Source of the DNA: Nitrososphaera sp.
Lineage (GTDB): Archaea > Thermoproteota > Nitrososphaeria > Nitrososphaerales > Nitrososphaeraceae
Direction of reading: 5' to 3'
Assembly: GCA_036373855.1 (NCBI GenBank)
Contig: DASUUX010000193.1
Location: 4,847-68,846 of the forward strand
DNA length: 64,000 bases
Numbering within the stretch: the stretch's first letter is position 1; every line of letters starts with the position of its first letter. The notes under the pieces are model-generated. The model was given only the letters and a program-made list of their open reading frames with translations, was not told the DNA's origin and ran no database searches. A program made the position numbers and the translations under genes. Below, piece by piece: positions 20,778 to 29,400 of the stretch.

Positions 20778-21239
20778 ATGGCAGCTACTACTGTAGTCCG
20801 CGACATCATGACAAAGAACATCGTTAGGATAGACCATGACAAGACCGCCTTGGAGGCTGCCAAGATTATGACAGAGAAAGGCATAAGCTCGCTGTTTGTT
20901 GTCAAAGAAAATCATCCAATTGGCATCGTGACAGAGAGGGATTTCATCAAAAAAATATGCGCTAAGGAATTACCAATAGCTGAGGTAAAAATGAGCGATA
21001 TCATGTCAAAGATACTAACGACAGCTGATCCAGATACCCCAATTGAAGTTGCAGTTCAGAGAATGGTAAACCACAAGATACGCAGGCTCCCCGTAATGGA
21101 AAGTGGCAAATTAGTAGGCATCATAACAGTGACTGACTTGGCAAAGCATTTGAGGACTACATTGTTGCTTGAAGGTGCACTCAGCGATTCCAACAGCTTT
21201 GATAACATGATTGCGACGATGGATCGTGACAAGTATTAA
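20778..21239 (+). CDS. CBS-domain pair protein
   Basis: VRDIMT, GIVTERD, IRRLPV, GIITVTDL; ATG at 20778. Confidence 0.92.
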   Translation: MAATTVVRDIMTKNIVRIDHDKTALEAAKIMTEKGISSLFVVKENHPIGIVTERDFIKKICAKELPIAEVKMSDIMSKILTTADPDTPIEVAVQRMVNHKIRRLPVMESGKLVGIITVTDLAKHLRTTLLLEGALSDSNSFDNMIATMDRDKY

Positions 21240-21433
21240 TTCTTATAACTTTTTGAGACATCACATTAGAGAGAACCCCGCGTTATCTAGACATATGAGA
21301 GAACTATAGGGCTATATCATCTTCGCAGGCGAAATGCCATTTTTGTAAATGGACCTTGATTATTTCAAGTACCTAAAGGACAGTTACAAGCCATCCAACA
21401 TAAAGAAGGTTGTTAGAGGTTGTGTGGAACACT

Positions 21434-21697
21434 CTAGCTCTTTCCTGTTGACTTGACGGTACAGTTGCTGACAACTGGGTTGAAGACACGTAATTCCTGG
21501 CACAGCTTTTTTACAATCGCTTCAGCATCACGTTCCGTTTTTGAATTCACGACCATTTTTAACATCTTTGCAGATCTGACTGATTGTATGTTGGAATATC
21601 CACCCTTGACAACTAGATCTCTGTGGATCGTCTCACCCTCCGGGTCATTGATGTAGGGCTTGTTTTCAATTATTACCTGCACAATAAACTTTGGCAT
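21434..21697 (-). CDS. purS: FGAM synthase subunit PurS
   Basis: KPYINDPEGETI..VRSAK..LC..NPV; ATG at 21697. Confidence 0.9.
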   Translation of the reverse strand: MPKFIVQVIIENKPYINDPEGETIHRDLVVKGGYSNIQSVRSAKMLKMVVNSKTERDAEAIVKKLCQELRVFNPVVSNCTVKSTGKS

Positions 21698-21733
21698 ATG
21701 TTTCTCCAAGTTCAAGCTTTTTAAATACATTTT

Positions 21734-21985
21734 TTAAATAAACCGGCCAAATACCTTTGTAAAGAGCAAGAATGTTGATACTGAAGGAGGTACTAGACCT
21801 AGCATCAGTATGTTTGATGCGACCTCAGCCGGAATCTTGATCGAGTTGATAGCCATTATCACTAGGAAAAATGAGATCAGTAAAGTCATACCGAAGAACA
21901 TTGCAGTCCCTACCATATAGCCCAACAGTTTAAGTTTTTCCCGCCTGCCATGTTCTTCAGCAGCAGCATTGTGTGCCAACGACAT
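21734..21985 (-). CDS. Small membrane protein (2 TM)
   Basis: Two hydrophobic helices; directly upstream of purS. Confidence 0.7.
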   Translation of the reverse strand: MSLAHNAAAEEHGRREKLKLLGYMVGTAMFFGMTLLISFFLVIMAINSIKIPAEVASNILMLGLVPPSVSTFLLFTKVFGRFI

Positions 21986-22036
21986 ATAGGGACGAATTTA
22001 GCGCTAGATAATCTTTTGCAAAAACCAAAAACGCCG

Positions 22037-22050
22037 TTTAATTAATAAAA
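22037..22050 (+). promoter_or_regulatory. Putative TATA-box region of the tRNA-Thr promoter
   Basis: TTTAATTAATAAAA about 25-35 nt upstream of the mature tRNA 5' end. Confidence 0.5.
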
Positions 22051-22073
22051 CGCAGTGTGGCTACAGCGCATGA

Positions 22074-22162
22074 GGTCATGTAGCTCAGCCTGGTCAGAGC
22101 GGCTGACTTGTAAACATCATCAAGAAATCAGCAGGTCGTGGGTCCGAATCCCACCATGACCT
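22074..22162 (+). tRNA. tRNA-Thr(UGU) with 14-nt intron at 37/38 (22113-22126)
   Basis: Acceptor GGTCATG/CATGACC; D-arm GCTC/GAGC; anticodon stem GCTGA/TCAGC with TGT at 22109-11; CTTG/CAAG helix with 3-nt bulges; T-arm GTGGG/CCCAC. Confidence 0.93.
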
Positions 22163-22802
22163 CCTTACTCGATCTCTGGGAATTCAACCAATCAATCCCA
22201 GGATTATGCGCGGGCCACCACCACCGCCACCTCCACGGCTAATCCAGTTGCAAGAGCTGGATTTATTCAGCTGTATCTATTATGATACAGCTGGTAAAGG
22301 CGCCTTCTTTGTGGGTCGAAAAGTCGCGTCAAGTGTTATTCTTCCTATTCTCCCCATCACTAATTTGACACTATTATCTTCCAGCAAGGCTTCTGCACCT
22401 ATCAGAATCAAAAAGTTGAGACTGCAAATTCAAGGCGGCACCGCAAGAGAGTAATCAAGCTTCACCCAATCTTAGCTCTTATGTAGTTAGGCCATACCCC
22501 ATAATCAACGACATTTACAATATATATACACATACAGAGAGAGATAGGTGACGGAAGATGTGGCTGCTCCAAGGGCATGCTCCTACGACTCTGGATAAGC
22601 AAGTTCAGCTTTAGATGCTTCCGCCAATTATGCTTGCTTAAAAAGGCAAGTCTTGACACAATAACTTCTAATTGTCACGTCTGCGCTCAAATATTCACGC
22701 TTTGATTCTAATTTTGGTCTTGGAAACTGTGAGATACTATCTCTCTGCTTATTGGAGATTATCGCGGTTTTTTGTTGTCGAGAACATGAACTGCTACTAC
22801 TA

Positions 22803-23558
22803 TTAATTCTCCCGCCATAAAGCCTTCGTCTTGGCCAGCGTGATAAACGCTAAGAGATATGCAATTTGTACCGCAAAGCCAAACTCAAGTGACCAATCGG
22901 CGGCTGTCGGGAGGCCCATGATGTATTGCAGCATGAGCGATGCGTGTGTCGTTGGTACAGCATAGGCAAGGGGCCGCAGCACCTCCGGCATTACGTCCAT
23001 AGAGTAGAATACCGGGGGCAGCACTGCCAGTATTACATTCACAAAGGATATCACCTGTGTCGCGTTTCGCATATGGAGCATATGGGATGACAGAAAAAAC
23101 CCCATTGCTGACATGGCTCCCCAGATTAAAAGAATTGTTGCCATAAGCAGAGGTATGCTGAAAACTGAGCCGAAGTATACAACAAGTGTTGCTAGCACTA
23201 TAAGTGCTGGAAGGCCGAATAGCAGCTCTGATAGGGCAAGCCCAACCATGTAGGTCAATGGGGAGACGGGTGATGCAACAAATACATCCTGTACCTTGTA
23301 TTCTGTTTTGTAGAATGAGATGTCCTGGCCGAGTGCAAGACCATATCCCACAAGCGCCATCACTAGGCTGCCGGCTACGGCAAAGTGGATGTACTGGCCG
23401 CCGCTTACCACGAAAAGCACAAACAAGAGTGAGAATGGGCTTATTGCAGTGAACACTAATGACATAGGATTCCTTCTTAACCAGAGCACGCCTGTCATGT
23501 AGGCGATAAGCAATACCTGCCGTACAGGCAATATGCTAGTCCTTGGGATCTTGATCAT
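22803..23558 (-). CDS. ABC-2 type transporter permease
   Basis: About 6 TM helices; PVFYS..P..LRPLAYAVPTTH; overlaps the ATPase gene. Confidence 0.9.
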   Translation of the reverse strand: MIKIPRTSILPVRQVLLIAYMTGVLWLRRNPMSLVFTAISPFSLLFVLFVVSGGQYIHFAVAGSLVMALVGYGLALGQDISFYKTEYKVQDVFVASPVSPLTYMVGLALSELLFGLPALIVLATLVVYFGSVFSIPLLMATILLIWGAMSAMGFFLSSHMLHMRNATQVISFVNVILAVLPPVFYSMDVMPEVLRPLAYAVPTTHASLMLQYIMGLPTAADWSLEFGFAVQIAYLLAFITLAKTKALWREN

Positions 23559-24465
23559 CTATAATACCATTGCCCATAATGTAAACGAAGACATCGTCAA
23601 GTGTAACAGAAGAGACCGTAAAGGACAGGTTATGTCTCAGTGCAAGATCGGATAGCTCACGTACCGCAGATTCGAAAGTAAATATGCGGAGCATTCCCGC
23701 ACCGGTGTCGACCACCGATCCGTAAGATTTCAAAGTGTCAATGTCTAGTGTGTCACGAGCTATATCCACTCGAATATTCTGTGGGATCACCTTGCGCAGC
23801 TCCTGAATGGTACCCTCCGCAATAACCATGCCTTTGTCAATAATTACAATGTAATCAGATAGCATCTCCGCTTCGTCCATGTAGTGCGTTGTCAGCAAAA
23901 TGGAGCCCCCTTTGCTTTTCCAATCCTTGATGGCTGTCCACACTTGCCTGCGGGACACCGGATCAAGGCCTATAGTTGGCTCGTCAAGGAAGAGAAGCTG
24001 TGCGTCAGTTGCCATCGCCATCGCGACAAGGATCTTTTGCTTCATGCCGCCTGACAGGTTCATCGCAGGACTATCTCGAGCGCCGTAGATCTCTAGCTTT
24101 CGCAGCATTGCCTCTGTCTTGTCTCTTGCTGCACTCTTGCTGTCACCTCTTATCTGGAGCCAGTTGTAGACGTGGTCCCAAGGTGTGAGCGCTCGGAGCG
24201 GCCTGCCTTCCTGTGGCACAATAGATATAAGGTCTCGCACATGCTTTGCTTGCCTGACTGCGTCATAACCGAGGACACTTATTGTACCAGAAGTCGGGAG
24301 TAATTGCGTCGCGCACATGCGCACAAAGGTAGTCTTCCCTGCCCCATTACGGCCCAGTAGCGTAAAGATTTTGCCTGCCTCTACTCTTAAAGAAAGATCT
24401 TTGATTGCAGGCTGACTTGCACTTCTATATACCTTGGTGACGTCAACAGCATCAATGGCAAGCAT
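23536..24465 (-). CDS. ABC transporter ATP-binding protein (DrrA-like)
   Basis: GRNGAGKT, LSGGMKQK, FLDEPTIGLD, TTHYMDEAE. Confidence 0.95.
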   Translation of the reverse strand: MLAIDAVDVTKVYRSASQPAIKDLSLRVEAGKIFTLLGRNGAGKTTFVRMCATQLLPTSGTISVLGYDAVRQAKHVRDLISIVPQEGRPLRALTPWDHVYNWLQIRGDSKSAARDKTEAMLRKLEIYGARDSPAMNLSGGMKQKILVAMAMATDAQLLFLDEPTIGLDPVSRRQVWTAIKDWKSKGGSILLTTHYMDEAEMLSDYIVIIDKGMVIAEGTIQELRKVIPQNIRVDIARDTLDIDTLKSYGSVVDTGAGMLRIFTFESAVRELSDLALRHNLSFTVSSVTLDDVFVYIMGNGIIDDQDPKD

Positions 24466-24577
24466 AAGGATAGTGTGTGCAAACCTCTAATGTAGACTTT
24501 CTGCTAGGCAAGCGAGAGCAGGAGTACCACCGTTTCAGATATGCAAATAAGTCCCCAATGTGGAAACTATCTTGTTA

Positions 24578-24895
24578 ATGAGAAGAGAGTTCATAGTTGC
24601 CAGAATTGAAGCATCTCAGGACGGTAGTCCGTACGTATATGTCACATTCAATGACCCAAAAGAATACAAACCAGACAGGCCGAATATGAACCCGTTTGGC
24701 TCGAATGTAACATCTATTGAGGACCTCATGAAAAACATGCCTAAGGTCATTACAAATATTGGGTTTATGGGGCCGGGACTAACTGACTCACCGACTATAA
24801 AGTTCAGCATGCCTGAATATCAGGACATGGGCATCAAGGTAGGCGACAAGGTATACATTGAGATACAAAAGACAGACAGCAGCGGCGGCATATGA
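24578..24895 (+). CDS. Conserved hypothetical protein, possibly arcadin-1-like
   Basis: ATG at 24578; N-terminal hairpin DGSPYVYV and C-terminal IKVGDKVYIEI. Confidence 0.55.
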   Translation: MRREFIVARIEASQDGSPYVYVTFNDPKEYKPDRPNMNPFGSNVTSIEDLMKNMPKVITNIGFMGPGLTDSPTIKFSMPEYQDMGIKVGDKVYIEIQKTDSSGGI

Positions 24896-24964
24896 CCGTC
24901 TAGTAGTAATGTAAGACATAGGAAGCTTGGATTTAAATACACAGAGGGAGTTAATACTAGCCAA

Positions 24965-26203
24965 TTGGAACAACAGAAGAACAACAGGGTGCGAGTAGAA
25001 CTAAAGGCATTTGTGCTAATACTTATCCACACACCCTTTGGTCTTGAATTCTTCGATAAGGTGGCCAAATGGCGTATTGCCAGATTTTATGCCCGATTTA
25101 ACACGTATCTTATGCCTGCAATAACCGCACTTGCAATATTCCTTATTGTAGGTTCCCTTATGGTCATGTTTGCAAATGCCCAAGCAAGAGAAGGTGTGAG
25201 GGGTGTCGGCCCCGCGGCTAATCTGCTTATCCCCGGGTTTAATCCTTATTTGCCCATAACTTATGGCTTAGCAGCTCTTGTTATCACCATTATCATTCAT
25301 GAGGCAGGACATGGTGTTGTGGCCAGAGTGCATAATATTAGAGTCGATTCGACAGGAATTGTGCTATTTCTCGGCATACCAATAGGCGCGTTTGTAAATA
25401 TTGAAAGGGATGAGCTAAACAGAGCAACGCTGAAGCAAAAGAGCGCAGTCCTAACTGCTGGTCCGCTCAACAATATGATATTGGCAGGCGCTTGTCTGTT
25501 AGCAATGTACTTTGTAGTGTCTACCCTTACTCCTCTTCCACCTGACCCTAATGCTCCCCAGTTTGGTGTAATGGTAGTCAGCGTAAACGGTGGATCTCTT
25601 GCTGAAACAATGGGGATCGAGGCTGAATCTGTGATTCAGTATGTTGCAGGCCAGCAGATCACATCGCTTGAAGATTTGAGCGAGAGTCTCAGGAGAAACC
25701 TTGGCAATACGGTCGAAATAACTTGGTTGAATAAGGCCGGCGACCCTGTCATGCGTCAGGTAACGCTTCCTCCAGCGGTTGAGCCAGGCAGGGGAACCTT
25801 AGGGGTTAGTGTCACCGTTCTATCCAGTAGCCCGCAAGAGGTACTTGACACGTACAGGAACCAGTTTAGCCAAAACCCCCTAGCTATTCTTCTTCCACCA
25901 ACATTTCAAGAGGGATTTGTCCCCTTCTCTGATCTAATGGCCCCAAAGTATACTTCAAGCGTCTTTGGCGATAACTTCGCTCCTGTTGCCAACATGCTGT
26001 TCTGGCTATGGTTCATCAACTTCAATGTCGGCATATTCAACGCTCTGCCATTAGGTCCACTTGACGGTGGTCAGCTGTATGGTGCATTAATAGAGAACAA
26101 AGTCAGATCCAAAGCAATTGCAAAGAATGCAAATATGCTTTTGACCCTTGTGATGGCCGCGATTGTATTTGCGGTGCTGGTGCTCCCATACGTGGTATTC
26201 TAA
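24965..26203 (+). CDS. Site-2 protease (M50 intramembrane metalloprotease) with PDZ domain
   Basis: HEAGH, AGPLNN, FNALPLGPLDGG; central PDZ-like segment. Confidence 0.93.
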   Translation: MEQQKNNRVRVELKAFVLILIHTPFGLEFFDKVAKWRIARFYARFNTYLMPAITALAIFLIVGSLMVMFANAQAREGVRGVGPAANLLIPGFNPYLPITYGLAALVITIIIHEAGHGVVARVHNIRVDSTGIVLFLGIPIGAFVNIERDELNRATLKQKSAVLTAGPLNNMILAGACLLAMYFVVSTLTPLPPDPNAPQFGVMVVSVNGGSLAETMGIEAESVIQYVAGQQITSLEDLSESLRRNLGNTVEITWLNKAGDPVMRQVTLPPAVEPGRGTLGVSVTVLSSSPQEVLDTYRNQFSQNPLAILLPPTFQEGFVPFSDLMAPKYTSSVFGDNFAPVANMLFWLWFINFNVGIFNALPLGPLDGGQLYGALIENKVRSKAIAKNANMLLTLVMAAIVFAVLVLPYVVF

Positions 26204-26243
26204 AAAAACACTATGCTTTTATAATGGAGTCACTGATATAGTA

Positions 26244-26316
26244 TCGGCTTATTACCGGTTTATGCCTTATACGATTGATTGTAACCTCGAGGCATATACA
26301 GTTGGAATATAGTCGG
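26244..26316 (+). promoter_or_regulatory. Long imperfect hairpin in the predicted 5' leader of aCPSF1
   Basis: TCGGCT-TATT-A-CCGGTT-TATGCCT pairs with AGGCATA-TAC-AGTTGG-AATA-T-AGTCGG (about 23 bp, G-U pairs on the sense strand); TTTATAAT box at 26218-25. Confidence 0.5.
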
Positions 26317-26326
26317 ATGAGCGATA

Positions 26327-28507
26327 ATGGAAGAATTAGAAAAGAACCAAAAGGTTGGTGAAATAATAACTCAAGCAGGACAGACAACTTCTTCCCCCAG
26401 AAGGATTAGATCAGCAGCTTCAGCATCAGCAGCAACAAGAGTATCAGAAGACATCGACAAAGGGATCACAAAAGTTACCACCCAGAGTGAGGAGGCTGTA
26501 AGCAAGATAATACTCAAATCCATTCCTTCTGATTCTCAGATAACATTTGTGAGATTTGAAGGTCCTAACATTGCACTTTATACCAAGAATCCAAAGTTTG
26601 CACTAACCGATTTGACTTATTTTTTGTCATCTTTGTCAAAGACTTTGAAAAAGAGGTTCATTATTCGAACTGACCCGTCAAGCAGGCTGCCAGAGGACCA
26701 GACTAGACAAGCAGTGGTAAAACTGCTTCCAAAAGATGTGCAGGTATCAGCAATATTTTGCGACGATGCAACAGGGGAGGTAGTTCTTGAAGTAAGCAAA
26801 CCGGAAGCAATAGATCCTAACATGCTCGTTCAAATCGCCCAGTCAACAGGCTGGATAGCACACACTAGACGCTCGCCTCATATTCCCTCATCCAGCATCA
26901 ACACGCTGCACTCAACATTAAAGAGCTCTGCAAGAGAAAGGACAGAGTTTCTTCAAAAGCTGGGCAAGCGCGTATTCCGAGAATCACTTATAGTTAGCAG
27001 CGTCAATGGGAATGATACATTACCTCGTCGACAGCAGCTACAGCAACAACAACACCAAACTACTACTACTATTACTACAACAGCCACGAGCGAGCCTCGA
27101 TCTAATAAGCCCCAGTCCTGGTCAATGAGCAGGGAAGAAGTTATGCTTTTTTGCCTTGGAGGAGTCAAACAGGTAGGCAGATCCTGTTTTGTTGTTGTCA
27201 CACCGGAGACCAAGGTGATGCTTGACTGTGGTATAAATCCTGGAGAAATGTCCGGGCTTGACGCTTATCCTCGGCTTGATTGGTTCAACTTTGACCTCGA
27301 CGATCTGGATGCAGTGGTGATAAGCCACGCGCACATTGATCACCAAGGCTTCTTGCCGACACTTTTCAAGTATGGCTACAGGGGAGCTGTCTACTGTACG
27401 GAGCCTACTTTACCACTGATGATCCTGCTTCAGACGGACTCTGTCAAGATTGCAAACAGCAATGGCACGTACCTACCATACGCATCAAGGGACATAAATG
27501 AAGTTATCAAGCACTGTATCACCCTGCCGTACGGCAAGCCTACAGACATTTCGCCAGACGTCACAATTACACTCAACAATGCAGGACATATTATGGGCAG
27601 CGCCACTGTTCACCTCAATATTTCAGGTGCTCATAATATCTTGTACTCTGGAGATTACAAGTACGCGAGGACACAGCTGCTCGATAGCGCAGTATCTATG
27701 TACCCAAGGGTAGAAACACTCATCACTGAAAGCACCTATGGCAACACAACAGATGTCATGCCTGATCAGCAATCGGTATATCGAGGTTTCACCGAGTCCA
27801 TAAACAAGACCCTGATGGATGGTGGCAAGGTCCTTCTTCCTGTTCCGGCTGTTGGCAGGGCTCAGGAGATAATGCTTGTCATGGCAAAGGAGATGAAAGA
27901 AGGCAGGCTCATAGAGTCGCCAATATACATAGAGGGAATGATCTCTGAGGCAAGCGCCATACATATGTCTTATGCTCACTACCTTGGCTCCGACGTGCGC
28001 AAGTCGGTATCGCAGGGCATAAATCCCTTCCAGTCAGAATATTTTACAGTCATTAGCGGTTATGGCAAGCGCGATGATATACTTAGCGACGAAAATCCCG
28101 CAATCGTGATGGCAACATCTGGGATGCTTGAAGGCGGCCCATCTGTAGAATACTTCAAGGAGCTTGCACCAAACTTGAAGAACAAAATTATATTTGTCTC
28201 GTACCAAATTAATGGCACACTTGGCAGGCGCGTCCTTGACGGAGCGATGTCTGAAGTTAGCATGATGGACAAGTCCGGCAAGGTCAAAGTTGTTCCTGTC
28301 CGCTGCCAAACACAAAAGATAGATGGATTTTCAGGCCACTCTGACTTTAATCAAATACTGAACTTTGTTTCGCGCATCAGGCCAAAGCGTGTGCTGGTCA
28401 ATCACGGCGAAAAGAGCAAGTCAGAAAATGTGGCAAGCGCTATCTATTCTCGTCTCAAAATCCGGTCTAGTGTCCCAGATAATAGAGAAATTGTGCGATT
28501 AAGGTAA
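26327..28507 (+). CDS. fttA: aCPSF1 / FttA: KH-domain beta-CASP ribonuclease, archaeal transcription termination factor
   Basis: FEGPNIALYTKNP KH region; VGRSC, DCG, SHAHIDH, AGHIMGS, YSGD, ESTYG, AVGRAQE, SGMLEGGP, FSGHSD, NHGE. Confidence 0.95.
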   Translation: MEELEKNQKVGEIITQAGQTTSSPRRIRSAASASAATRVSEDIDKGITKVTTQSEEAVSKIILKSIPSDSQITFVRFEGPNIALYTKNPKFALTDLTYFLSSLSKTLKKRFIIRTDPSSRLPEDQTRQAVVKLLPKDVQVSAIFCDDATGEVVLEVSKPEAIDPNMLVQIAQSTGWIAHTRRSPHIPSSSINTLHSTLKSSARERTEFLQKLGKRVFRESLIVSSVNGNDTLPRRQQLQQQQHQTTTTITTTATSEPRSNKPQSWSMSREEVMLFCLGGVKQVGRSCFVVVTPETKVMLDCGINPGEMSGLDAYPRLDWFNFDLDDLDAVVISHAHIDHQGFLPTLFKYGYRGAVYCTEPTLPLMILLQTDSVKIANSNGTYLPYASRDINEVIKHCITLPYGKPTDISPDVTITLNNAGHIMGSATVHLNISGAHNILYSGDYKYARTQLLDSAVSMYPRVETLITESTYGNTTDVMPDQQSVYRGFTESINKTLMDGGKVLLPVPAVGRAQEIMLVMAKEMKEGRLIESPIYIEGMISEASAIHMSYAHYLGSDVRKSVSQGINPFQSEYFTVISGYGKRDDILSDENPAIVMATSGMLEGGPSVEYFKELAPNLKNKIIFVSYQINGTLGRRVLDGAMSEVSMMDKSGKVKVVPVRCQTQKIDGFSGHSDFNQILNFVSRIRPKRVLVNHGEKSKSENVASAIYSRLKIRSSVPDNREIVRLR

Positions 28508-28517
28508 AAACGCGGTC

Positions 28518-28964
28518 TTATGCATTGGCAGTGTCGAAATTACCTCTTACCTCAACAGTCTCTCTAATCGTATTCACTTCTCCTTCAACTTTCCATCTAC
28601 CGCCATTTAGATGTGATAACCGAGGAGCAGAAGTCCACATCGTTCCCTCTCCTGTGACTCTTGCAACTCCCCTTTGGTTTGGAGTTGACTGAGTTCCTGT
28701 TCCCGTCCCCACAACAGATTCGCCTTTATTTGTCATATGTAGATACCTTATCGTTAGGCTTGCCGCTCCATCTGCAAGCATTGTTGCTTCCACTGTGTCC
28801 CAGTGAACTCCGGAATAGTGTTTTCCAGTAACCTGTCCCTTATCGTTGCTCTCCAACCGGACGGTTTCATTTGTGATATCTATGATCTTTGTAGTTGTTG
28901 CTTTGGCCTTTATGACGATATCATACTTTCCAGAAGATCCTTTTTTTGAAGAGGCTTTAACCAT
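28518..28964 (-). CDS. Hypothetical protein, beta-rich
   Basis: 148-aa ORF with alternating beta-strand pattern; TATA-like element upstream. Confidence 0.7.
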   Translation of the reverse strand: MVKASSKKGSSGKYDIVIKAKATTTKIIDITNETVRLESNDKGQVTGKHYSGVHWDTVEATMLADGAASLTIRYLHMTNKGESVVGTGTGTQSTPNQRGVARVTGEGTMWTSAPRLSHLNGGRWKVEGEVNTIRETVEVRGNFDTANA

Positions 28965-29024
28965 GTATAAACATGAATATAGCGACTCTAATTGTTTTCG
29001 GTAGAATATAGCAGAATGTGGCAG

Positions 29025-29256
29025 AACAGTGCCAAAAGAACGATCAAGAGTTGTAAAAAATTTGGTTGTTTTTGCATTATATCCATAAATGAATTATGAA
29101 ACCTAACAGAGATCTAATTAAAAACAGAAATGCCACTTGCGCTGTAAAGGCGCTTGGCATTCTAGAAACATAGAGATGAGCGGCGCAGATCCTGCCTAGC
29201 ATAAGATAGTGGTCAATATCATTGCAGTATCCGCAGAGATACTTTTTGGCACTGTT
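29025..29256. mobile_element. MITE-like / internally deleted IS element, 232 bp
   Basis: Perfect 13-bp inverted repeats AACAGTGCCAAAA (29025-37) / TTTTGGCACTGTT (29244-56), flanked by CAG at 29022-24 and 29257-59; no intact ORF. Confidence 0.6.
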
Positions 29257-29400
29257 CAGGATTTTATTACTGTCTTGCGATTCATCATAAAATGAGCTGC
29301 AGAAATAGCTTCAACTGATGATAGATATAAGCCCAATCTGCAAAGGATCTGGAAAAGATTTGGAAAAATCCTTTTAATCTTATCCAGCCGACGAGCTTCG

